From: an uncultured Bacteroidales bacterium
GTDB taxonomy: Bacteria > Bacteroidota > Bacteroidia > Bacteroidales > JAIPAH01
Direction of reading: 5' to 3'
NCBI GenBank assembly: GCA_964345255.1
Contig: CAYFQK010000004.1
Location: 1 to 43,630, forward strand
Length of the DNA: 43,630 nucleotides
A model generated the notes under the pieces. The model made no database searches, was not told the DNA's origin, and saw only the letters and a list, made by a program, of their open reading frames with translations. The translations under genes and the position numbers were made by a program. How positions within the stretch are numbered: position 1 is the stretch's first letter; each line of letters begins with the position of its first letter. Below are positions 6,711 to 14,881 of the stretch, piece after piece.

Positions 6711-8984
6711 TTAATCTCCTTTAACTATACTCATATTAAGTATTTTTAGTTCGCCATCCTGCACGTAAAGGCTTATCCAGTTATTTTCATTGTCATACCA
6801 GCGATTGTGCTCGGACAGGTTTATGATATATTGTTTCGTTGTTGATGCGCTTACAGAGGGGATAACTACTCCGCCGTTTTTTGAATCGCCCTGGCCGTAG
6901 TTTAGGAATACTTTTGGGGATTTATTATTTTCACCTGTTGCCTCGATGACGATAAAATTCTGACTTCGGTCGCGATACCCCAGCGGGTTAAATGAAAATT
7001 GCTTTTCGGCTCCATCTGCGATGGTAGTATTTTGAGTAATTACTTTCCGTAGCGAATGCTCTTTGAGGTATTTATTTATCTGAGAAATTTTATCCTCCGG
7101 ATAATCAGCCTCATCATTTATTCTGGCGGCTTCTTCATAAGCATCAATGGCTTCACTGAATTTTTTGTTTTTGTATTTTTCGTCAGCATCAGCAATCACC
7201 TTATTATATTTTTCCATCATTTTTTGGTGGATTTCTTCGAGAATCTGCTTTGTATCCGAGATTTTATTTGCCAGTGTGTCTTCGCCGGGCTTTATTTGAG
7301 CAGCTTTTTGATATTGCTGCAGCGCTGCTTCATATTCTTCATTTTTGTAATTGCGGTCTCCCCGGGCTAGAGCAGAGTTATAAGTGTTCAGCGCATCCTC
7401 AATGTTTGCTAATTGATCCTGCGCATAAGAATCGTTGGTTTTTATTTCAAGGGCTTTTTTGTAATGTTCCCTGGCCTTGGCATATATTTTATTTTGGTAA
7501 AGGCTGTCGGCTTTGGTAATAGTGGCCTGGTATTTTTGCTCTTTGGCTTTTCCGGCGGCTAACATTTTCCGGCTTTGAGCTATCCGGCTTTCAGGGTAAC
7601 TTTTGGTGTCGGTATAATTTAAAGCGTTTTGGTAGTACGATATGGCTTCACTATAATTCTCCGCTTCAAAAAGGCTGTCAGCAGTCGACAGGTAGTTTTC
7701 ATAAGCTGCCATTTGGTTATTTAACTGCTGCACCCGCTCGCTGATAATTTGCAGTTGCTCTTTGGGATAAGTTTTTTCCGAATAAATTTCTAAAGCCTTC
7801 CTGTAAGCCTGCCTGGCCTCCCGGAGATTGTCGGTTTGCATCATTCTGTCTGCCTGAGCCAGCAGTTCACTGTAGGCTTTATCGCGATTTTTACGGATAG
7901 CTATTTTCTCTTCCAGCTCATTGATTTTAGCTATCTGCTCTTTAGGATAGTTTTTCGATGGTTTTTTTTGCGAAGCTTCCTGGTATAGAGAAATAGCATC
8001 CTGATAATTTTCATTTCTGAAAGCAATATCCCCCTTATTAATAAGTCGCTTGTATTCGTTTTGCATCTCTTGCTTCTGCGCAAGTGCGGGATCAATTTTA
8101 CCAATCATGTTAACAGGGTAGCTCTCAGAGGGCTTGATGCTGAGTGCCTCTTTGTATGCTGTCTTAGCCTTTTCAAATTGCCTTTCCATATAAAGGCTGT
8201 CGGCTTTATCGACAAGATTCTGATACAATTCATTCTTTTGTTCTTCTTTTTGAAGCTGCTTTCTTATTGCCTGGATTTTTTGTCCGGGAAGTTTTTTATC
8301 CGGCTTGATGACAGAAGCCTGCTGGTATTTGCTCATCGCTTGCTGATATTGCTGATTATCATAGAGTTCTTCAGCCTGCGCAATGATTTTGTCATAATCT
8401 TTTCCCCTTTGATCCTGCTTTTTGATGAAGTTATTGAGCTGTTTGGTTTTTTTCAGTAAATCGACCTGCCTAGGCTTTATTTCAAGCGCTTTATTATAAA
8501 AGGTAAGCGCTTTTTCGTAATTGAATTTTTCCATTAAGCTGTCGGCCTTTTGAACATACTGCTTGTATTGGAGCTTTTCTTGCGGGTCTTCATATTTTTG
8601 GCGGATTTCATCCAGCTTTAGCCGGGGATAGGTAGCCTCCGGTTTGTGATCAAGGGCCGTCTTAAAGGCTTCAATGGCTTTCTTATATTCTTTAGCACTA
8701 AGATATTGCTGGCCTTTGAGGAGCGCCTCCTGGTAATTTTCAGCGGCTTGCTTTTTAAGCCCTTTTGCCTCTGAGATTTTTTCTAAAATAGCCGAATTGC
8801 CGGTATCAGTACTTAGTGCTTTTTGATATAGTTTTAGGGCCTCGTCAAACTTTTTTTCTTTTACCAGTGAATCTCCCCTGGCAGGGAGGTTATCCTGGGC
8901 CTGGACGCATCGGCCTCCCCACAGCAAAAGAGTTACTGAAAATAGGATAAAAAGTAGCTTTATGTTCATGATCGTTTTCCTCAC
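6711..8984 (-). CDS. Exported TPR-like repeat protein with an unassigned C-terminal beta domain
   Basis: Signal peptide; about 11 units of Y...I..AD......Y..A...Y..AL..KP...YP; about 110-aa non-repeat tail. The start may be ATG 8969. Confidence 0.85.
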   Translation of the reverse strand: MRKTIMNIKLLFILFSVTLLLWGGRCVQAQDNLPARGDSLVKEKKFDEALKLYQKALSTDTGNSAILEKISEAKGLKKQAAENYQEALLKGQQYLSAKEYKKAIEAFKTALDHKPEATYPRLKLDEIRQKYEDPQEKLQYKQYVQKADSLMEKFNYEKALTFYNKALEIKPRQVDLLKKTKQLNNFIKKQDQRGKDYDKIIAQAEELYDNQQYQQAMSKYQQASVIKPDKKLPGQKIQAIRKQLQKEEQKNELYQNLVDKADSLYMERQFEKAKTAYKEALSIKPSESYPVNMIGKIDPALAQKQEMQNEYKRLINKGDIAFRNENYQDAISLYQEASQKKPSKNYPKEQIAKINELEEKIAIRKNRDKAYSELLAQADRMMQTDNLREARQAYRKALEIYSEKTYPKEQLQIISERVQQLNNQMAAYENYLSTADSLFEAENYSEAISYYQNALNYTDTKSYPESRIAQSRKMLAAGKAKEQKYQATITKADSLYQNKIYAKAREHYKKALEIKTNDSYAQDQLANIEDALNTYNSALARGDRNYKNEEYEAALQQYQKAAQIKPGEDTLANKISDTKQILEEIHQKMMEKYNKVIADADEKYKNKKFSEAIDAYEEAARINDEADYPEDKISQINKYLKEHSLRKVITQNTTIADGAEKQFSFNPLGYRDRSQNFIVIEATGENNKSPKVFLNYGQGDSKNGGVVIPSVSASTTKQYIINLSEHNRWYDNENNWISLYVQDGELKILNMSIVKGD

Positions 8985-9033
8985 TGCATTGTCACTTTCT
9001 GCAAACGTCTAAAACTTGAAAAGATTATTTATT

Positions 9034-9687
9034 TTAAAAAATAACTCCGTCGCGGATGGTTATCCTGCGATCCGCCATATGGGCAAGCTGTTCGTTATGT
9101 GTAACCATGATGAAGGTCTGCGAAAATTCATCCCTGAGTTTAAAAAACAGCTTATGCAACTCTTCTGAATTTTTGGAGTCAAGATTGCCGGAGGGTTCAT
9201 CGGCAAGGATAATGTCCGGATTGTTTATTAAGGCCCTGGCTACTGCAAGGCGCTGCTGCTCTCCACCGGAGAGTTGCGCCGGTTTGTGCGACAACCTCTC
9301 TTTAAGTCCTAAAAACCCTATCAGTTCTCTTGCTTTTTCGGTAGTTTCCTGTTGGTTTTTGCCTGCAATAAATCCCGGGATGGCTACATTTTCCAGTGCC
9401 GTAAATTCGGGCAGAAGATGGTGAAACTGAAAAACAAACCCGATATGCTGATTTCTGAATTCGGCAAGCTTTGCCGGCTTTAATTCTGCCGTATTTATTG
9501 TATTGATATGAATGCTTCCCTGATCCGCATAGTCAAGCGTACCCAGAATTTGAAGCAACGTGCTTTTTCCGGCCCCGGAGGCTCCTACTATGGAGACGAT
9601 CTCTCCCTTTTCCACGCCCAGGTTTACTCCCTTTAGCACTTGAAGGCTTCCGAAAGTTTTATGAATGTTATTCGCTTTAAGGATCAT
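9034..9687 (-). CDS. lolD: ABC transporter ATP-binding protein, LolD family
   Basis: [30 protein letters not shown] and ADEPSGNLD. Promoter element TAAATTTG at 9722-9729. Confidence 0.8.
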   Translation of the reverse strand: MILKANNIHKTFGSLQVLKGVNLGVEKGEIVSIVGASGAGKSTLLQILGTLDYADQGSIHINTINTAELKPAKLAEFRNQHIGFVFQFHHLLPEFTALENVAIPGFIAGKNQQETTEKARELIGFLGLKERLSHKPAQLSGGEQQRLAVARALINNPDIILADEPSGNLDSKNSEELHKLFFKLRDEFSQTFIMVTHNEQLAHMADRRITIRDGVIF

Positions 9688-9869
9688 ATTTAATATTTGA
9701 ATGGCTGCGACTTGTTGGCGGCAAATTTATAGCTTTTTCATGAAAATTAAGGTTTTTTGAAGTTTACGACCTGCTAAACAAATCTGAAGTTTAATTGCCC
9801 GATGATGGCTGCCCTGCTTGTGTGCTCATATTTTTTTACCCACATTTAAGGTTTACCTTTGCCAGCGTT

Positions 9870-10050
9870 ATGGATAGGAAAATACTGAGGCATTTTTATG
9901 AATGGTTTGACTCTTACCATCGGAGTTTTGTGTTTGATGACTATGAAGATCAATTTAATATTTCATTAAAAGTGGAGCTACAGGGTAATAGATGCCACCA
10001 GAGAACATGTTCCTAAATTTTTCAAACAAGCGCCAATAAATAAATCTTAG
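9870..10050 (+). pseudogene. Frameshifted, truncated N-terminus of an HD-domain protein
   Basis: MDRKILRHFYEWFDSYHRSF..NISLKVE continues in another frame as YRVIDATRE, recalling the WF..Y...F..NI.LK..HT.RV start of HD proteins. It has its own TACCTTTG element at 9854-9861. Confidence 0.6.
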
Positions 10051-10135
10051 CAAACCTTAACAACATTTTTTTGAAAGCAAAAAAAGTTCTAATTTTGAAA
10101 CCGTTTTATATCTAGGAAATTAAATATATCGAACT

Positions 10136-11384
10136 ATGAACCTTCATGAATATCAAGCAAAATCAATTCTAAAAAGTTACGGAGTTCCAATCCCTGAAGG
10201 AATTGCGGTTGACAAGCTCCAGGATGCTGTAGAGGCAGCTAAAGAGCTTCAAAGCAAAACCGGCACAAAAGTGTGGGTATTAAAAGCTCAGATCCATGCC
10301 GGTTTTGCTTCAAAGCAAAACCGGCACAAAAGTGTGGGTATTAAAAGCTCAGATCCATGCCGGTGGGCGTGGAAAAGGTGGCGGTGTTAAACTGGCCAAA
10401 AGCCTGGGCGAGGTGAAAGATTTAGCCGAAAAGATGTTGGGAATGAACCTGGTAACGCACCAAACCGGAGAAAGTGGGAAAACGGTCCACAAACTTCTTA
10501 TTGCTGAAGATGTGTTTTATCCCGGAGAAGAAGAACCGTCGGAAATCTACCTCAGTATCCTTTTAAACCGGGAGACCGGCCGAAACGTAATAATGTACTC
10601 CACTGAGGGAGGGGTAGATATTGAATCGGTAGCAGAAGAAACGCCTCATTTGATTTTCCGCGAAGAAGTCGACCCTACTGTTGGCCTGCAAGCATTCCAG
10701 GCGCGGCGAATAGCATTTAATCTTGGCTTAAGCGGGAAGGCCTTCAAGGAAATGACAAAATTCGTCCTGAAACTGTACGGTGCCTATGAAGGAAGTGATG
10801 CTTCGCTGGTGGAGATAAATCCGGTATTAAAAACTTCCGATAACAGAATATTGGCTGTAGACTCGAAGGTTTCTATAGATGACAACTCGCTTTACCGTCA
10901 TAAAGATATTGCAAGTATGCGCGATATTACCGAAGAAGATCCTACGGAAGTAAAAGCCGGTGAATATGGACTTAATTACGTGAAACTGGATGGAAACGTA
11001 GGGTGTATGGTAAATGGTGCGGGCCTGGCTATGGCTACCATGGATATGATTAAGCTCTCAGGGGGTGACCCGGCTAACTTTTTGGATGTTGGAGGTTCTG
11101 CTGATGCCAGCCGTGTTGAGGCAGGTTTCAGAATAATCATGGATGACCCGAATGTTAAAGCTATTCTTGTTAATATTTTCGGAGGAATCGTGAGATGTGA
11201 CCGTGTAGCCCAGGGTGTGGTTGATGCATATAAGAATATCGGCAATATCGATATTCCGATAATCGTGCGTTTGCAGGGCACCAATGCCGAAGAGGGAAAA
11301 CAGCTTATTGATGAGTCTGGTCTTAAGGTACATTCGGCTATTCAGCTTAAAGAAGCTGCCGAATTAGTGAATACAGTAGTTTAG
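10136..11384 (+). pseudogene. sucC: Succinyl-CoA synthetase beta subunit, frameshifted by a 61-bp duplication
   Basis: [16 protein letters not shown] in ORF 10136-10390; [44 protein letters not shown] in ORF 10296-11384. Removing 61 nt gives 1188 nt = 395 aa plus stop. Could also be an assembly artefact. Confidence 0.9.
10246..10364 (+). repeat. Exact 58-bp direct repeat separated by TTT
   Basis: 10246-10303 is identical to 10307-10364. Confidence 0.97.
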
Positions 11385-11407
11385 AAACTTTTTAAACGAA
11401 TTGAACG

Positions 11408-11451
11408 AGAGTGCATTGCCGGCCTATTTGAGGTAAGGCGGTGCACTTTTT
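11408..11451 (+). terminator. Intrinsic terminator after sucC
   Basis: AGTGCATTGCC pairs with GGCGGTGCACT (two G-U pairs), followed by a T run. Confidence 0.7.
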
Positions 11452-11564
11452 AAAATCCTCCGGCCCGAAATCCTGAGAGTAAACTACCGGTTCTTCCCGT
11501 TTGATTTTTTTGAATTACTCAAGCACGTCTTAAATCTTTATGCTACTGAGCAGGCGCAGTTAAA

Positions 11565-12188
11565 TTACATGACCATTCCGTTCTGGCTCAGCAGATATAT
11601 CATAGGCAATGAAATCCCAATGCCAATCAACAACGGTGTTGTTGTTGAGCGTTTTTCAAATTCCTGTGATCCGATATAATTATTCCAGAAAAAATGAACG
11701 ATAAGAAAAGCTCCGGCCACGTTAAGTGCAATGGCCAGAAGTAAGGCCGCCGATGCCAAATGCTGTGACATAGATGCGATGGTTGCCGTATAAATAAAAC
11801 CGAAAGACACCAGGGGCAATATTGCTTTTTTCTGTTTGACTTCGTTAAGATTAAAGGCCATTAATATACTGGCAAAAAAAGTAGAAAAAATAATGGAAAA
11901 AAGAAAAATCGCGCGAATACTATATAGTTTTGGAAGCGCTTCACCCGGCGTTTGCTCTTCGCCAGCTGCTTTTTGTGGTTCTTTAGCAAAGGCCTTTTTA
12001 TATTCGGGAAACTCAGCTTTAAGTTCTTCAACCCGCTCGTTTGAAACTTCTCTTTTATCAAGTTCTTTAAGCAATTCAATTATTATTTCTTTGCTAAGAC
12101 GGTATCTTCTGTTTACCATGTCCAGCAATTGATAAGTTGAATAGTTTTTCAGTCTTTGTGCTTCTCCCATCTCCTCAAATTTTTCCAA
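11565..12188 (-). CDS. Hypothetical membrane protein
   Basis: Charged helical N-terminus, then about 4 hydrophobic segments starting at LPKLYSIRAIFLFS. The start could be ATG 12170. Confidence 0.75.
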   Translation of the reverse strand: MEKFEEMGEAQRLKNYSTYQLLDMVNRRYRLSKEIIIELLKELDKREVSNERVEELKAEFPEYKKAFAKEPQKAAGEEQTPGEALPKLYSIRAIFLFSIIFSTFFASILMAFNLNEVKQKKAILPLVSFGFIYTATIASMSQHLASAALLLAIALNVAGAFLIVHFFWNNYIGSQEFEKRSTTTPLLIGIGISLPMIYLLSQNGMVM

Positions 12189-12266
12189 AAATATATTTCG
12201 TTTGCAATTATCTGCAAATTTCGAAAAAATAATTTATTATTGAATAATTAACAACAAATCTATCTT

Positions 12267-12797
12267 ATGAAAGTTTTAATCACATCGCAAAATCCCGTCA
12301 AATTAAATGCTTGTAAGCAAGCTTTTAGTGAGGTCTTTCCTGCACTGACAATAGATTACGAACTGGTTAAAGTAAACAGTGATGTTTCAGAGCAGCCTCT
12401 CTCGGATGCCGAAACCCTTAGGGGGGCCTCAAACCGCATACGTAATGCCAGGAAGTTCGGCCCCGGCTGCGATTATATTGCAGGCATTGAAGGCGGGGCC
12501 TACATAGAAAAGGGGCATGGTTTTTCTTTTGCATGGGTGGTTATCGATAATGGCCAAAAAATAGGCCAGGCAAGGACTGCGGCTTTTGAGATTCCGGCGG
12601 AGGCTGTTAAGCTCCTGCAGAAGGGTTATGAATTAGGGCATGCTAATGATAAGCTCTTCAGTCTGCATAATTCAAAGCAAAAAAACGGGGCTATAGGTAT
12701 TTTAACAAATGATCTGGTGACTAGAACCGATTTGTATAAACCTGCAGTAATTATGGCTTTATTACCATTTATGGAACATAACAATCAGCTATTTTAA
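12267..12797 (+). CDS. yjjX: Inosine/xanthosine triphosphatase (YjjX family)
   Basis: SQNPVK, SDVSEQP, ET.RGA.NR, GIEGG, ELG, KQKNGAIGILT and TRTDLY motifs. Confidence 0.9.
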   Translation: MKVLITSQNPVKLNACKQAFSEVFPALTIDYELVKVNSDVSEQPLSDAETLRGASNRIRNARKFGPGCDYIAGIEGGAYIEKGHGFSFAWVVIDNGQKIGQARTAAFEIPAEAVKLLQKGYELGHANDKLFSLHNSKQKNGAIGILTNDLVTRTDLYKPAVIMALLPFMEHNNQLF

Positions 12798-12873
12798 ATG
12801 TGTTGGCCTGGATGGCTGTACATATCAGGCTTTTTTTTATACTTTTGCCATCGTAAACAAAAAACAATAAGTA

Positions 12874-13965
12874 ATGAAGACGACTGCACTTACAAGCATA
12901 CATGAAGAAATGGGCGCCAAAATGACCGAATTTGCAGGCTATAAAATGCCTCTTCAATTTGAAGGCGTTACTGCAGAACATAACACGGTTCGCGAAAAAC
13001 TGGGTGTTTTTGATGTATCACACATGGGTGAATTCTGGGTAAAAGGTCCGAAGGCTTTTGAACTGGTACAGCGAATCACCTCAAATGATGCGGCAAAGCT
13101 TTATGACGGCAAAGTACAGTACAATTGCATGCCCAATCTGCAGGGAGGAATCGTGGATGACCTCCTGGTTTACAGATTTGATGATGAAACCTACATGCTG
13201 GTAGTCAATGCGGCCAATATTGACAAGGATTGGAACTGGATAAGTAAGCAAAATACTATGGGAGCAGAGCTCTATAATGCGTCTGATGAAATTTCTCTTT
13301 TGGCTGTGCAGGGCCCAAAAGCGCTTGAAGCAATGCAAAAGCTCACCGGTGAAAATATCATTGATATGAAGTTTTATACCTTCAAAAAGGTAAATTTTGC
13401 CGGTGTGAAGGATGTCATACTATCTACTACGGGCTATACAGGTTCAGGCGGATGTGAGATCTACGTGTCAAACGAAGATGCTCCCAAAATTTACAGAGCA
13501 ATCCTGGATACGGGAAAAGATTACGGAATAAAGCCTGTGGGCCTGGGAGCGCGTGATACGCTGAGACTAGAGGCCGGTCTGTGCCTTTATGGAAATGATT
13601 TGGATGATACCTCCTCCCCGATAGAGGCTACGCTCAGCTGGATAACCAAATTTAACGAGGGGAACAACTTTATTAATCGCGAGTATCATGAAAGGCTGAA
13701 AGCAGAGAAGCCTACACGTAAATTGCGTGGTTTTGAAATGGTTGACAAGGGAGTTCCACGTCAGCATTACGAAATTACCGATGCCGACGGTAATAAGATT
13801 GGTGAGGTTACCTCAGGTACAATGGCTCCATACATTAATAAAGCAATCGGAATGGGCTACATTCAAAAAGAAAAAGCCGCATTTGGAGAAGAGATATACA
13901 TAAAAATGCGCAATAAACTCAGAAAAGCAAAGATTGTAAAACTACCGTTTTATAAGCCTGAATAG
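12874..13965 (+). CDS. gcvT: Glycine cleavage system aminomethyltransferase
   Basis: FAGYKMP, FDVSHMGE, VVNAAN, TGYTG, GLGARDTLRLEAG and GEVTSG. Promoter element TACTTTTG at 12840-12847. Confidence 0.97.
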   Translation: MKTTALTSIHEEMGAKMTEFAGYKMPLQFEGVTAEHNTVREKLGVFDVSHMGEFWVKGPKAFELVQRITSNDAAKLYDGKVQYNCMPNLQGGIVDDLLVYRFDDETYMLVVNAANIDKDWNWISKQNTMGAELYNASDEISLLAVQGPKALEAMQKLTGENIIDMKFYTFKKVNFAGVKDVILSTTGYTGSGGCEIYVSNEDAPKIYRAILDTGKDYGIKPVGLGARDTLRLEAGLCLYGNDLDDTSSPIEATLSWITKFNEGNNFINREYHERLKAEKPTRKLRGFEMVDKGVPRQHYEITDADGNKIGEVTSGTMAPYINKAIGMGYIQKEKAAFGEEIYIKMRNKLRKAKIVKLPFYKPE

Positions 13966-13970
13966 TGTTC

Positions 13971-14048
13971 AAAGGGGTTGTCTTATAATTTGCAAACAGG
14001 CGAATGCCCAATAGTGAAGTCTAAATTTCAGACAACCTTTTTCTTTTT
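13971..14048 (+). terminator. Long hairpin plus T tract after gcvT
   Basis: AAAGGGGTTGTCT (13971-13983) pairs with AGACAACCTTTT (14030-14041); inner AATTTG/TAAATT and GGC-GAAT-GCC. Confidence 0.5.
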
Positions 14049-14087
14049 CAAAGCGAGCTGGCTATTTTTGCAGATGGATTTTAAAAG

Positions 14088-14840
14088 ATGATCATGAGTG
14101 ACAAAAACACGGTTGAGGTAGCGTTTTCACCGGTGCTCTACCCTCATAAACTGACCAGGGAGAATTTTGTGGTGGTGATAGTCGACATACTCAGAGCTAC
14201 CACATCGATAACCGCTGCTTTTGATAACGGAGTTAAGGAAATAATTCCGGTGGGAAGTGTGGAAGAGGCCAGAAAGTGGAAGGAAAGGGGCTATCTTGTG
14301 GCATCGGAGCGGGATGGTGTAACACTTGACTTTGCTGATTTCGGAAATTCCGCATTTAACTTTATGACGCCACAGGTCAAAGGAAAAACTATAGCCTACA
14401 GCACGACTAATGGCACGCAGGCCATAGAAATGGCCAACGACAGCGGCGAAGAGGTTGCCATCGGTTCTTTCAACAACCTGAAAGCCGTGACTGATTGGAT
14501 TCTTACTCTTCACAAGAATGTGGTTATATTATGTAGTGGGTACAAAAATAAATTTAACCTGGAAGACTCATTTTATGCCGGGGCTCTGGCTCATAATCTG
14601 ATTCAATCAGGGCAATACAAGGCTGAGTGCGATTCCGTCACTGTAGCAGTCGACATGTGGCTCTCGGGAAAAGATAATATCGAAATGTATATCAACAAGG
14701 CAGCTCACCGTGAGAGACTGCGAAGCAGAGGCCAGGATGATGTACTGGAATATACATTTACAATCGATAATTCATCAGCCTTACCGCTATTGCGCAAGAG
14801 CGACAAAAGGCTTTTCAATGCCGCTTTGAACAAACCTTAA
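14088..14840 (+). CDS. comB: 2-phosphosulfolactate phosphatase family protein
   Basis: VVIVDILRATTSI, ASER.G, FGNS, TTNGT and LEDSFYAG motifs. Confidence 0.88.
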   Translation: MIMSDKNTVEVAFSPVLYPHKLTRENFVVVIVDILRATTSITAAFDNGVKEIIPVGSVEEARKWKERGYLVASERDGVTLDFADFGNSAFNFMTPQVKGKTIAYSTTNGTQAIEMANDSGEEVAIGSFNNLKAVTDWILTLHKNVVILCSGYKNKFNLEDSFYAGALAHNLIQSGQYKAECDSVTVAVDMWLSGKDNIEMYINKAAHRERLRSRGQDDVLEYTFTIDNSSALPLLRKSDKRLFNAALNKP

Positions 14841-14881
14841 GCTGGTTCGTTTCGGAATCAAATAAAACAACCGCATTAACC

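Noticed and set aside
10136-11384. Programmed ribosomal frameshift in sucC
   Set aside because: The frame break is fully explained by an exact 61-nt duplication, and a shifted product would carry about 20 duplicated residues.
12237-12254. Third Rex-like site TTATTG-N6-TAACAA before yjjX
   Set aside because: Two mismatches in one arm, AT-rich context, and no redox rationale.
14088-14840. Coenzyme M biosynthesis
   Set aside because: ComB-family genes are common in Bacteroidota next to gcvT, and no other com genes are here.
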